The notes under the pieces: model-generated
Databases searched by the model: none
What the model saw: the letters and a program-made list of their open reading frames with translations, nothing else
What the model was told of the DNA's origin: nothing
From: Fimbriimonadales bacterium
GTDB lineage: Bacteria; Armatimonadota; Fimbriimonadia; Fimbriimonadales; JABRVX01
Assembly (NCBI GenBank): GCA_045862955.1
Contig: BTVI01000002.1
Location: forward strand, 32,001 to 96,000
Direction: 5' to 3'
DNA length: 64,000 nucleotides
In this document: piece by piece, positions 1 through 9,610 of the stretch
How the letters are laid out: every line of letters begins with the position of its first letter
Position numbering within the stretch: position 1 is the stretch's first letter
Made by a program: the position numbers and the translations under genes

Positions 1-1
1 T

Positions 2-466
2 CTCGACCTACCTGAGCGCTCCTATGAGACGCTGGCAGTCTGGCTAACGCTCCAACCACCTCCGGGGGATAAAGAGGAAGAGCGGATGAGGTTCGGCATG
101 GGCCTGCACGCGCTGGAACACGCGCTGGCCACCGCACTCCCCGTGTTGGTAGGATGCGACCCAGGCGATAGCGGCTCCACCTGGACCATGGGACACCACA
201 GCAGCGGTATGCCCACGGTGATACTGTTCGACGAGGCCCCTGGAGGCGTCGGGATCTGCGAGGCGGGGTTCCGAAGGCTCCCGGAGTGGCTGGACCTGGC
301 CCTTCGTGTGGTGGAAGGCTGCCCGTGCGAAGATGGGTGCCCAGCATGCTTACTCACTCCGTGGTGTGGAAACCGCAACGCAGACTTGGACAAGCGGGAG
401 GGCATCGCCCGGCTCAGGTCGCTCCAACTTTCAGGCTCGGGAGCAAGCTATAATCGGAGCCGGTGA
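2..466 (+). CDS. DEAD/DEAH helicase, C-terminal DUF1998 (MrfA/Hrq-like) domain; 5'-truncated by window edge
   Basis: Frame open from nt 2; motifs LHALEHAL, LFDEAPGGVG and four-Cys CPCEDGCPAC. Confidence 0.85.
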   Translation, partial: LDLPERSYETLAVWLTLQPPPGDKEEERMRFGMGLHALEHALATALPVLVGCDPGDSGSTWTMGHHSSGMPTVILFDEAPGGVGICEAGFRRLPEWLDLALRVVEGCPCEDGCPACLLTPWCGNRNADLDKREGIARLRSLQLSGSGASYNRSR

Positions 467-627
467 GAAGGCGTCGTTCGAGGCTCAAGCGGGGCTGGTG
501 GGTGTCGTCCGTGCTATTCGTTGCGGCGGCGCTCGTCGGCTGGCTGGTGTGGTGGCTGCCGGCGCAACGTCCGCAGGAGCCACTCGATGTCCGCTTCGTA
601 GACGCTCCTAGCGGTGACGGCCAGTGA
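463..627 (+). CDS. Small single-pass membrane protein, 54 aa (not in ORF track)
   Basis: MRRRRSRLKRGWWVSSVLFVAAALVGWLVWWLPAQRPQEPLDVRFVDAPSGDGQ; GTGA overlaps with both neighbouring genes. Confidence 0.7.
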   Translation: MRRRRSRLKRGWWVSSVLFVAAALVGWLVWWLPAQRPQEPLDVRFVDAPSGDGQ

Positions 628-1685
628 ACGTCGGACTGGTTGGCTTTCCTTCGGTTGGCAAGTCCACGCTGTTCCGGGCTGTTTCTGCCGGCCACGACTC
701 CGGGGACCTGGCTGCGGTTGCGGTACCCGATGAACGCTTCACTCGGCTTTGCCGCGTGGCCGACAGCAAGAAGCAGTCACCAGCACACGTCTACTTCCAT
801 GACAATGTCGGCAGGTTCAGCCCTGGTGAGTCGCGAAGCACCGAGCGGCATTTCTTCGACGCGGCGCGGAAGATGGACTGCCTCGTGCACGTGGTGCGCA
901 GCTTCCGTAACGATCAGGTGACACACCATGCCGAGCTCGACCCCTTACGCGACCATCGCTTACTCGAGGACGAGCTAGTGCTGGAAGACCTGCAGCTAGT
1001 GGAGAACCGCCTGGAGAGGCTCCAGAAGCAGCACGAGACGCACATCTCGGGCTCGCCGGAATCGAACGAGCAACGGCTCCTGCAGCGTCTGAAGGGAGAG
1101 CTGGAGCAGGGCAAGACGCTGCGGAGTCTCGAACTGGAAGCCGAGGAGCGAAAGCTGATCTCGGGATTTCAGTTCCTCACCGTCAAGCCGCTGATCGTCG
1201 CGCTGAACGTTGGTGAGGACCAGGCCGCCGCCCGCCCGGAGGACTGTGAGGAATCGCTAGCGAGCGACGCCGCGCAGCGTGGCGTGCCGGTCGTGTCGCT
1301 GTGCGCCACGCTGGAAGCCGAAATCGCGACGCTGGACGAGCAAGATCGGCAGGAGTTTCTGAGCGACTTGGGATTGGGCAGACCTGCTTCGGAGCGCTTG
1401 ATCCGCGCCGCGTACGAGGCGCTGCACGTAATCACCTTCTACACCACCGGCCCGAAAGAGACGAAAGCATGGACGCTGCCTGTCGGGGCGACTGCCCTGG
1501 ATGCTGCGGCAACCATCCACTCGGACCTAGCTCGGGGCTTCATTCGGGCCGAGGTGGCGCCGGTAGACATGGTGGTAGAGTGCGGTGGATGGGATGCGGC
1601 CCACCATGCCGGCAAGACAACGCTGCAGGGCAAGGAGTACGTCGTGCAGGACGGTGACATCATTCACGTGAGGTTCAAGGTATGA
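624..1685 (+). CDS. ychF: Redox-regulated Obg-family ATPase YchF
   Basis: GLVGFPSVGKST P-loop; C-terminal TGS-like IHSDLARGFIRAEV and GKEYVVQDGDI. Confidence 0.93.
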   Translation: MNVGLVGFPSVGKSTLFRAVSAGHDSGDLAAVAVPDERFTRLCRVADSKKQSPAHVYFHDNVGRFSPGESRSTERHFFDAARKMDCLVHVVRSFRNDQVTHHAELDPLRDHRLLEDELVLEDLQLVENRLERLQKQHETHISGSPESNEQRLLQRLKGELEQGKTLRSLELEAEERKLISGFQFLTVKPLIVALNVGEDQAAARPEDCEESLASDAAQRGVPVVSLCATLEAEIATLDEQDRQEFLSDLGLGRPASERLIRAAYEALHVITFYTTGPKETKAWTLPVGATALDAAATIHSDLARGFIRAEVAPVDMVVECGGWDAAHHAGKTTLQGKEYVVQDGDIIHVRFKV

Positions 1686-2692
1686 GGTTTTCGGTGCTCA
1701 GAGTTGTGCTGGCGGGCGCTTTGACGGTCCTTCTCGCCCTGGCAGGCTGCATCCCCAAAGAGGCAGGCTACGACGAGATGGGGCGTCGGATCAAGAAGAC
1801 CCCCTCGACATCGCAAGCAGCGGGGCCTTCGGGAGAACGTGCTGCTGGGTCCGCGGCCGAGGGCTCCGCAAGCAACGGTGCACCTCGGGCGAACGGTGAG
1901 ACAGCCACCCCCATCGAAGCGGTGACCCGTCCGCCCGATCCCGCCGTGGTCAAGCAGTCCTCTCAGTGTGCGGAGCACATGCTGGAACTGTACAGCCACA
2001 TACCCGAGGTGCAGGCGGTTCTCCAGGCAGCGAAGCCCAAGACCGTCGAGGACGTCGTGAAGATCGTGAACGTGGAGCTCGAGAAGCGGCTGGGCAAGGA
2101 GGCTCTCGCCTGCCCAATCACCGGTCAGCGCTATCAGATCATGGACCAGAAGGCGATGCAGAGGGAGAAGTACGCGGGCATCATCGCCGATGCGCAGCCC
2201 CATCCCGACGGCACTCGATTCGTGGTCTCGCTGAAGCTCGGCCAAAACGGGCGCCCCGAAGCCGCCATCTCGACCTTCGACGAGGCTAAGCGGGTCTACT
2301 CCGAGGCTAGGTACCGGATGCCCGATCCGGGGACTCCCGCGCGCAAGTGCCTGGACACTATCAACGACTTGGCTCGTGCCATCGGCATGTACGCGCAGAA
2401 GCACGATCAGAAGGTGCCCGAAGCGGGGGACTCCCTGACCGCCAAGAAGGACCTGATGGAGTTCCGTCCGTTGCTCAGCGACGAGTTCTGGGTCTGCCCA
2501 ATCAACAAGAAGCCCTACGCCATCAACTACACGGTGCTGAACGAGGGCGCCGAGGCGTTGCGGAAGCGCCCACCGAACACGGTGGCTCTCATCTATGACT
2601 CGGCCCCGCATCCTGACGGCAGCCGCTGCGTGCTCGCGAATGGAAGCATCGCGCGGATGCGCGCCGAGGAGTTCGCGAAGCTGAAGCGCTAA
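1682..2692 (+). CDS. Lipoprotein with two internal repeats resembling H-X9-DG/DUF1559 pilin-associated domains
   Basis: Lipobox LAGC; repeated C...CPI...Y.I...D..PHPDG.R. Confidence 0.65.
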   Translation: MRFSVLRVVLAGALTVLLALAGCIPKEAGYDEMGRRIKKTPSTSQAAGPSGERAAGSAAEGSASNGAPRANGETATPIEAVTRPPDPAVVKQSSQCAEHMLELYSHIPEVQAVLQAAKPKTVEDVVKIVNVELEKRLGKEALACPITGQRYQIMDQKAMQREKYAGIIADAQPHPDGTRFVVSLKLGQNGRPEAAISTFDEAKRVYSEARYRMPDPGTPARKCLDTINDLARAIGMYAQKHDQKVPEAGDSLTAKKDLMEFRPLLSDEFWVCPINKKPYAINYTVLNEGAEALRKRPPNTVALIYDSAPHPDGSRCVLANGSIARMRAEEFAKLKR

Positions 2693-2694
2693 GC

Positions 2695-3765
2695 ATGGAG
2701 AGGGTCGAGGTCAAGGCTCCCGGACGCATCTGCCTCTTCGGGGAGCACCAGGACTACCTCGGTCTTCCGGTGGTGGCGGCGGCAATCACCCGCTACATCT
2801 TCGTATCGGGCGAGCCGAGCACGTCGTCCGAAGCAGAAATCGAGCTGCCGGACCTCGGCACTGCGCGTACGCTTTCGTTGACCCGAGAGAACGCCTATGA
2901 AGGCGGGCGGGACTACCTCGCCTCGTGCGTGAACGTGCTGTTGCGAGAGGGCGTTCGCTGGCCGAGCGGGTACCGCGTGCGCATCCATGGCGACATACCA
3001 CAGCAGGCCGGCGTGTCGAGCAGCTCGGCGCTGGTTGTCGCGTGGATGAAGTTCCTGCTGCGTGCGGCCGGTGATGCGAGGGCACGGAAGCCGGGTGACC
3101 TGGCGCGTCTAGGCCACGCGGCCGAGGTGAAGGAGTTCGAGGAGCCGGGCGGGATGATGGACCACTTCGCTGCGGCCTACGGCGGCGTGATCTGGGTGGA
3201 TACGCGGCCGCCGTTCGCCTGTAGGCCCCTGCGTGCGGGGGTGCCGGGCATCATTCTGTGCTACTCGGGTCAGCCCAAGGCGACCATCGAGACGCTGGCC
3301 ACGGCCCGCAAGCGCTTCACCGACGCATTGGAGAAGGCGCGTGCGCTGGCACCGCACCTGGACATCGCATCTACACCCATCGAGGAGATGCAGCGCCTGA
3401 CAAGCGGGCTGAGCCTGCAGGAGCGAGACCTGCTGGAGTGTCAGTGGATCAGCCGCGATCTCACGCCGCGTGGGCTCCGGGCTCTCGAAGAAGACGCCGA
3501 GCCGAGCTTGCTCGGCAAACTGCTGACCGCTCACCACGAGCAGCTTCGCAGGCTGGGAGTATCCACGGAGCGAATCGATGCCATTCTGGGCGCTGCGCTG
3601 GCCGCCGGTGCAGTGGGCGGGAAGGTGAACGGCTCCGGCGGCGGCGGGTGCTTGTTCGCGCTGGCACCGGGTAGGGAAGAGGCCGTGGTGGAGGCCATGC
3701 GCTCCGCCGGTGGCACTCCGTGGCACGTAGAGGTGGCCCGTCTGGACGACATGGAGCCATCGTAG
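2695..3765 (+). CDS. GHMP-family sugar kinase (galactokinase-like)
   Basis: APGRICLFGEHQDY, PQQAGVSSSSA, GKVNGSGGGG. Confidence 0.88.
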   Translation: MERVEVKAPGRICLFGEHQDYLGLPVVAAAITRYIFVSGEPSTSSEAEIELPDLGTARTLSLTRENAYEGGRDYLASCVNVLLREGVRWPSGYRVRIHGDIPQQAGVSSSSALVVAWMKFLLRAAGDARARKPGDLARLGHAAEVKEFEEPGGMMDHFAAAYGGVIWVDTRPPFACRPLRAGVPGIILCYSGQPKATIETLATARKRFTDALEKARALAPHLDIASTPIEEMQRLTSGLSLQERDLLECQWISRDLTPRGLRALEEDAEPSLLGKLLTAHHEQLRRLGVSTERIDAILGAALAAGAVGGKVNGSGGGGCLFALAPGREEAVVEAMRSAGGTPWHVEVARLDDMEPS

Positions 3766-3859
3766 TCTCGGCGTCCCGCCGGTTCCTACCTGCTCGGCAG
3801 ACAGAGAGCGCACGAAGGAACAGCCGGCGCGCTCGCGAAGGGGTGAGCAAGGGACACAG

Positions 3860-4351
3860 ATGGGAACGCTAACCGACAAGCTGGCGCGGTCGCTGGATGC
3901 CGCGCTCCACACGAGCGAATGGCACAGTGTGGACGCGGCCTTGCGCGGGCTGAGTGAAGCCGACGCCGAGTGGGCTCCCGGTCACTACAAGGGCTTTCCC
4001 TGGGCGAAAGGGAGCATCCGCGAGATCGTCGTGCACGTCGCCGCCGACATGCTCGTGCAGCACTCCATGGCCTTCGGCGACGGCAGTCTGGACTGGGAGA
4101 AGGCGATGGCGCTCCCTGAAGTACGGGAAGGCACGCTCAGCGCTGCTAAGCGACTGCTAGAGCGCGGCGAGCAAGTGCTGAGGCACACTCTTTCGGGTCT
4201 GTCCGACGGCGATCTGGGGCGCAAAGTAACCACCTGGGGAGGCAAGACGATGTCCGCGGAGAGCTTTTTCGACATGCACATCGAGCACGCGCTGTATCAT
4301 GCCGGGCAAGTCAGATACGTCCGCTGCCTCATCGAGGGAGCGCGCGGTTGA
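3860..4351 (+). CDS. DinB/YfiT-family protein
   Basis: SIREIVVHV and HALYHAGQV His motifs. Confidence 0.8.
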   Translation: MGTLTDKLARSLDAALHTSEWHSVDAALRGLSEADAEWAPGHYKGFPWAKGSIREIVVHVAADMLVQHSMAFGDGSLDWEKAMALPEVREGTLSAAKRLLERGEQVLRHTLSGLSDGDLGRKVTTWGGKTMSAESFFDMHIEHALYHAGQVRYVRCLIEGARG

Positions 4352-4935
4352 CGCTCGCGGTCGTGCTCGCCGCTGGACGCTCGTCTCGAATGGGCGTTCC
4401 CAAAGCGACCCTTCCCCTCGAGGGCTCGACGGTTGTGCAGACCGTGGTCTCCAAGCTGTTCGAAGGCGGCTGTGATGGGGTCCGCGTGGTGTTGGGGCAC
4501 CACGCGACCAGCGTGGCTCCCCTTCTGCTCCACTCGCGCGCCGAGGTCGTGCTCAACCCCGAGCCTGACCGCGGGATGATCTCTAGCGTTCGCGTCGGTA
4601 TCCGGCCGGAGGAGGCTGTCGTGTCGAGGTGGCTCGTGCATCCCGTGGACATCCCGTTCATCAGCCCCGACACTGTGCGAGAACTGCTCGCGGCATCGAG
4701 ACAGGCACCCGACGACGTTTTGGTAGCGTGTTGCGGCGGAAGGCGCGGGCACCCGATATTGATCCCGCGAGGTCCGGCGCTGCAGGTGTTGGAGTCGGCA
4801 GAGCGGCTCAGCGACCTGTTGCGTCACGATGGGCTCGCGGTTCGGGAGGTCGAGACCGGCGACCCTGGCGTCCTTCGGGACACTGACACCCCGGAGGACC
4901 TCGCTCGGGCTCCCGGGACCGCTACGGAGCGGTAG
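4348..4935 (+). CDS. MocA/MobA-like nucleotidyltransferase
   Basis: VLAAGRSSRMGVPK, PVDIPF, GHP, DTDTPEDL. Confidence 0.85.
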   Translation: MTLAVVLAAGRSSRMGVPKATLPLEGSTVVQTVVSKLFEGGCDGVRVVLGHHATSVAPLLLHSRAEVVLNPEPDRGMISSVRVGIRPEEAVVSRWLVHPVDIPFISPDTVRELLAASRQAPDDVLVACCGGRRGHPILIPRGPALQVLESAERLSDLLRHDGLAVREVETGDPGVLRDTDTPEDLARAPGTATER

Positions 4936-4969
4936 GTACAATCGAAATGTCGTAGGGTAGGTGCATCGG

Positions 4970-5209
4970 ATGACCAAAGTTGAGATGAAGCTGGTTGCAG
5001 TGGGAGAGCAGGCGCGCAAGCCTTGGCTTTGGAGCCTGAGCCAGCAGTTCGACGTCAAAGTGAACATTCTTAGGGCGCACATCGACCGTGACTCGGGCTG
5101 GGTAGAGATCGAGCTGGAAGGCGCCTTGGAGGATGTGCAGCGGGCCACTGCGTGGCTTCACACGACCGGACTCCATGTGGATCCGGTTCAGCGCTCCGTC
5201 TCTGAATGA
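4970..5209 (+). CDS. Stand-alone NIL (ACT-like) domain protein
   Basis: KPWLWSLSQQFDVKVNILRAHI...GWVEIELEG. Confidence 0.75.
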   Translation: MTKVEMKLVAVGEQARKPWLWSLSQQFDVKVNILRAHIDRDSGWVEIELEGALEDVQRATAWLHTTGLHVDPVQRSVSE

Positions 5210-6117
5210 CCCAAGCACCGCCGGTGCTCCCGCCCTATCCGCCGGAGGACTTCGACGAGTTTTGGGACGGGGTCCTTGCGGCGCGCGCCCGCAGGCCGCC
5301 GGCTTACATCCGCGAGCACTACCCCGAGGATGACATTCCAGGTCACCGCATCGAGCGCATTGATTTCAAAGGTGACGCCGGAGGGCTGCTGCACGGTTGG
5401 ATCGCGATCCCAGACGGGGTGCGACTTCCTGCCCCCGCGTTCTTGTGGCTGCCCGCCTACGGCAACGAGTCGCACCCACCCGACCAGTACTCGTGCTACC
5501 CAGGCTTCGTAAGCATGTCGTTCAACCTGCACGGCCTGCCGGCGTTTCACGAGGAGCCGTATGTGCCGGAAAAGGGGTACCTGGCTCGTGGTCTGGAGGG
5601 GCCCGACACCTGGGTGTACCGAACGGTGGTGCTGGATGCCCTACGCGGCTTGGAGATTCTCGCTGTACAGCCAGAGGTGCTGCCGGAGAGGCTATTTTGT
5701 GCGGGGCTGAGCCAGGGGGGCGGCTTGGCTATCATGCTGGCTGCACTGTCTGAGAGGCTGTGTGCTGCCTGCGCCGACCTGCCGTTCTTGGCAGCCATGC
5801 CCTGGACCATTCGGAAAGCGGCCTATCGGTATCCTTACAAGGAGATGAAGGACTTCGCGGATGCGCGCGCCTTGGGAATGGAGACCGTGCTCTCCACGCT
5901 CTCCTATTACGACACCGTGAACATGGCCACCCGGGTGAGATGTCCTGTGCAGGTGAGCTATGGCACCAAGGACCCGGCGTGTCCGCCGAACACGGTACAG
6001 GCCATCTTCAACGCCCTGCCCGAGCCCAAGCGTCTGATCGAGTACGAAGGGCTCGGTCATGACTGGCACCCCGACATGCCCGCGAACAACGCCGCATGGA
6101 TGCGTGCCCGGGTCTAG
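5206..6117 (+). CDS. Acetylxylan esterase / cephalosporin-C deacetylase (CE7-like)
   Basis: DFDEFW, GLSQGGG nucleophile elbow, TLSYYD, DPACPP, GH. Confidence 0.87.
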   Translation: MTQAPPVLPPYPPEDFDEFWDGVLAARARRPPAYIREHYPEDDIPGHRIERIDFKGDAGGLLHGWIAIPDGVRLPAPAFLWLPAYGNESHPPDQYSCYPGFVSMSFNLHGLPAFHEEPYVPEKGYLARGLEGPDTWVYRTVVLDALRGLEILAVQPEVLPERLFCAGLSQGGGLAIMLAALSERLCAACADLPFLAAMPWTIRKAAYRYPYKEMKDFADARALGMETVLSTLSYYDTVNMATRVRCPVQVSYGTKDPACPPNTVQAIFNALPEPKRLIEYEGLGHDWHPDMPANNAAWMRARV

Positions 6118-6155
6118 GCTTCCCGTTCAACCCTCCGACACTTATTTAGCCACGA

Positions 6156-6184
6156 TTGACAAACTTTTGGTTTTCTGTCAGACT
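6156..6184 (+). promoter_or_regulatory. Candidate sigma70 promoter with an overlapping TGACA-N14-TGTCA inverted repeat
   Basis: TTGACA-17-CAGACT upstream of a PEP-CTERM gene. Confidence 0.4.
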
Positions 6185-6330
6185 TGCTCCTCGCTTAGTG
6201 TGGGCAGGCCCGCGCAGCTCGAGCAAGCGCTGGGCAGTGTCCCTCACTTGGGCCGAGATGCTTTGCGTTGGTTTGCGCATCCTCACCGGATAGGAAACTG
6301 ATCTCAACGAGATTTGGAGGTTTTCGAACG

Positions 6331-7038
6331 GTGAACCGATTCACTAAGACGGCGATTGCCGGCTCCATGTCGTGCGTCGCTGCAGTAGCTTTCGGGCAGA
6401 ACTTGCTCGTAGATCCTTGCTTCGAGACGAGCCAGAATCCGCTGCCTGTGCTAGGGTTCCTTGCTAGCGGCCTGCCTGGAACGGCAGGCATGTGGGGAGT
6501 AGAGGCTGCGGATATCGCCTACGGACCTCAGGGCGACGGGGTTTCGCCGTACGAGGGTAACGCGATGCTCCGCGCGTGGGACGACGGGCTCACCTGGAGT
6601 CAGAACTGGCAGTTCGTAGACGTAACCTCGTACGCCGCGCTGATCGATGCAGGGCTTGCGGTTGCCAACGCGAGTGCCTTCTTCAACGCGCACCTTCCGG
6701 TGCCGCCAGGGCCTGCAGACGTAGCGATCAACATTCACTACTCCACGGACCCGAACGGCCTTTGGGGGACCTACAGCCTTGCCTTCGGTAGCGGTGCGTT
6801 CACGCTGGACAACAATGCCGCCACGTGGGAACAGGTCACGGTGAATGGGGTGCTGCCGGTTGGAACCCGCTTCGTGCTGTTCGAGCTGATGTTCCGCGAC
6901 GACCCGCTGCGCATGCCCGGCGCCGTGCTGTACGGCTATGCAGACTGCGCGAGCCTCGAGATCGTGCCGGAACCTGCCACGATGGCAGCGCTGTTGCCCG
7001 GTCTGCTTCTCTTCCTGCGCCGTAGGGCACGGAGGTAG
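6331..7038 (+). CDS. PEP-CTERM exosortase-sorted surface protein
   Basis: Signal peptide; C-terminal VPEP, TM segment, RRRARR; GGAGG upstream of the GTG. Confidence 0.85.
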   Translation: MNRFTKTAIAGSMSCVAAVAFGQNLLVDPCFETSQNPLPVLGFLASGLPGTAGMWGVEAADIAYGPQGDGVSPYEGNAMLRAWDDGLTWSQNWQFVDVTSYAALIDAGLAVANASAFFNAHLPVPPGPADVAINIHYSTDPNGLWGTYSLAFGSGAFTLDNNAATWEQVTVNGVLPVGTRFVLFELMFRDDPLRMPGAVLYGYADCASLEIVPEPATMAALLPGLLLFLRRRARR

Positions 7039-7067
7039 CTCGGGGGCGTGCCGCTTGTGATGCGAAA

Positions 7068-7094
7068 CGGGGCCTTGCCGCCGGCAAGGCCCCG
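7068..7094. terminator. Hairpin between convergent genes
   Basis: cggggccttgcc-gcc-ggcaaggccccg, 12-bp stem. Confidence 0.6.
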
Positions 7095-7118
7095 CGCGTT
7101 CGGATACTGCTCTGAGCC

Positions 7119-7394
7119 TTAGGACTCGCCGCCCGCCTGGCTGAACTGGGGCTCGAAAGGAATGAGCCCGAGCCTCGTCGCCATTCGGAACGCCTGGACC
7201 CGGTTGTTGACCTGGAGCTTGTCATAGATGTTGGCCAGGTGAAAATCAACCGTTCGCTTGCTCACGAAAAGCGTGTCCGCAACTTCCTTGCTGGACATGC
7301 CTTGCGCAATCAGGCTCAGCACCTCGATCTCCCGCTTCGTCAGCCTTACCGGCCGCTGCGTCTGTTCGCTTCTGTTCGTTGTGGGCATTGCCAT
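7119..7394 (-). CDS. Solo LuxR/GerE-type HTH regulator
   Basis: LTKREIEVLSLIAQGMSSKEVADTLFVSKRTVDFHLANIYDKL; no receiver domain. Confidence 0.9.
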   Translation of the reverse strand: MAMPTTNRSEQTQRPVRLTKREIEVLSLIAQGMSSKEVADTLFVSKRTVDFHLANIYDKLQVNNRVQAFRMATRLGLIPFEPQFSQAGGES

Positions 7395-7828
7395 AGACCA
7401 CCCCTCGCTGTGACGTTCGAGTAACGCCGCCCCGCGTTCTCTTTCCACACCCCGGCACTGTTTTGAGACGAGATTTGCACTTGCCTGTCGCATTCACTTT
7501 CCCCCCGACTGCCGGCCCGTATCGTTACCGGTGCCGTTGGTCAGACGGCACCGACGGGGGACAGGTTCCCGGTAGCCTGGGGACGTCCCGTGCACAGTGG
7601 TGTGCCAAGCAAGATTGTCGGTTCGACCCGGCTCGTGCCATAGCGGGACCACAGGCCCGAGTTGGCCAGTTAAAACATTGCAGCCTGGTCTTTTGCCCAT
7701 GCGAAACACACCGATCCTCTTCTCTGAACCGGCGGCCCACGCTGAAGAAAAGCAAGAGGGTCAGCCGAGAGAGGCGATTCGGGACCGAAGTCCGGTCTGC
7801 GCAGTCTCTCTCAGCTACGGTGCGGTAG

Positions 7829-8983
7829 CTACCCGTCGTGCAGCGTCTGGGCTTTGGCGCCTTCGGAAGCTCCACACACTAGGAACTTCGATTGTAACTT
7901 AAAACGAGACGAGTAGCCGGTTCGTGTCGTCTCCACGAACGGTTCTGTCGCGTTCTGGTCCACGAGGGCCACGCAGCATCCTCCGAACCCGGCTCCCGTC
8001 ATTCTGACGCCCGCACAGCCCGGTGCCACTTTGGCAGCCGCCACCATGGCGTCCAGCTCCGGGCAGCTCACCTCGTAGTCGTCGCGCAGAGACGCATGCG
8101 AAGCCGCCATGAGCATGCCGATACGGGCTCGGTCCGAGGTCTCCAAGGCCTCCACGAACCTGCCTACCCGCTCGTTCTCGGAGATCACGTGCCTCGCCCG
8201 CCGGTACACGATGTCGCCCAACGAGGCCCTGTGCCGCTCGAGAAGGCCTTCGTCGGCGTCTCGGAGGGCTGGGACGCCCAGTGCGGCTGCAGCCTCCCTG
8301 CACTGCTGCCAGCGCTCGTTGTAGGCTGATTCCGTCAGGCCACGGGCCTTCCCGGTGTCGCACACCACGATGGCGAGGTCCGGTGGCATGCGCACCGGGC
8401 GGATATCCAGGCTACGAGTGTCTACGAGGAGGCAGTGTCCATGCTTGCCACAGGCCGATGCGAGCTGGTCCATGATGCCGCAGTTCAGGCCGACATACTC
8501 GTTCTCCGCTTGCTGGGCAAGTTGGGCAAGGCGTATGGGGCTAAGGTCGAGGTCTTCTACAGAGCTCCACAGCGTCGCGAAGGCGACCTCGAAAGCGGCG
8601 GAGGAACTCACACCTGCCCCGAGGGGCAAGTCGCTGCTTACGAGGACGTCGAGGGCGGTCAGCCGCCGCCCCGTAGCTCCTTCGAGCGCCCAGGCGATTC
8701 CGGCTGCGTAGCGGGCGAAGCCGGTGGGATACCCGGGTGCGAGGCGCGCCATGGAGAAGGAGGTTTCCTGATCCAAGCTTTCGGAGTAGAGACGGCAGGT
8801 GACTCCCGAAGCTTGGGCGGCTACCAAATACACGTAGCGGTCTATCGCGGCGGGCAGCACGAAACCATCGTTGTAATCGGTGTGCTCGCCGATGAGGTTG
8901 ACCCTACCGGGGGCAGCGGCATAGTGCGAGGGCTCACGCCCGAAGCGGTCTCGAAATGCTTGTCGAAGGCGCCGGAGGTCCAT
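7829..8983 (-). CDS. galK: Galactokinase
   Basis: APGRVNLIGEHTDYNDG, PLGAGVSSSAA, CGIMDQ, RMTGAGFGG. Confidence 0.93.
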   Translation of the reverse strand: MDLRRLRQAFRDRFGREPSHYAAAPGRVNLIGEHTDYNDGFVLPAAIDRYVYLVAAQASGVTCRLYSESLDQETSFSMARLAPGYPTGFARYAAGIAWALEGATGRRLTALDVLVSSDLPLGAGVSSSAAFEVAFATLWSSVEDLDLSPIRLAQLAQQAENEYVGLNCGIMDQLASACGKHGHCLLVDTRSLDIRPVRMPPDLAIVVCDTGKARGLTESAYNERWQQCREAAAALGVPALRDADEGLLERHRASLGDIVYRRARHVISENERVGRFVEALETSDRARIGMLMAASHASLRDDYEVSCPELDAMVAAAKVAPGCAGVRMTGAGFGGCCVALVDQNATEPFVETTRTGYSSRFKLQSKFLVCGASEGAKAQTLHDG

Positions 8984-9174
8984 TGTCGGTGTACTCACCC
9001 TTCGACGTGCGTGCAGGTCGGTCCTTGCGCGGGCCTTGGGTTCAAAAGCCGGCATTCGTATCGTGAGCTTGCCAACGTAGGGGTGGAACAAGCCCAACGA
9101 CGACGAGGAGAGCAAACACGCCGCCCGGCTCGGAATCGTCGATCTCTAACTCCGAAGCGGAGGCTCACGCGCTG

Positions 9175-9519
9175 ATGATGCGAAAGCTCAACAAGAGAGA
9201 TAAGGGCTTCACCCTTATCGAGATCATGATCGTGGTCCTGATTATCGGCGTCTTGCTGGCGATCGCGGTTCCCAACTTTATGAGAGCCCGCGAGACTTCC
9301 AGGGCGAAATCGTGCCAGGCGAACCTGAAGCAGATTGATGCTGCCAAGGAGCAGTGGGCGATGGACAACAACGCCAACAACGGCGACGCCGTCGTCGACT
9401 CCGAGGTGGACGACTACATCAAGAGTGGTGCTCCGACGTGTCCGTCCGGCGGAACCTACACCTACGGTGCAGTCGGCACCGATCCGACCTGTTCCATCGG
9501 CGGCCAGCACTCGCTGTAG
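9175..9519 (+). CDS. Type IV pilin (probable major pilin)
   Basis: Class III signal KG|FTLIEIMIVV. Confidence 0.9.
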   Translation: MMRKLNKRDKGFTLIEIMIVVLIIGVLLAIAVPNFMRARETSRAKSCQANLKQIDAAKEQWAMDNNANNGDAVVDSEVDDYIKSGAPTCPSGGTYTYGAVGTDPTCSIGGQHSL

Positions 9520-9538
9520 CGCGGTTACCCAACGGCTT

Positions 9539-9569
9539 CGGATGGCAGTGGGTCGCCCACTGCCATCCG
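9539..9569 (+). terminator. Strong intra-operon hairpin after the first pilin
   Basis: cggatggcagtggg-tcg-cccactgccatccg, 14-bp perfect stem. Confidence 0.65.
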
Positions 9570-9610
9570 CTTAGAAGTCATCTTGGCACCAACAGGGGAG
9601 GAGATGCCGG

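Noticed and set aside
1664..2611. Long antisense ORFs here and throughout the window
   Set aside because: Expected shadows of high-GC coding strands, with no recognisable motifs
7591..7607. Sigma54 promoter on the minus strand (TGGCAC...TGCA)
   Set aside because: GG-to-GC spacing is one base too long
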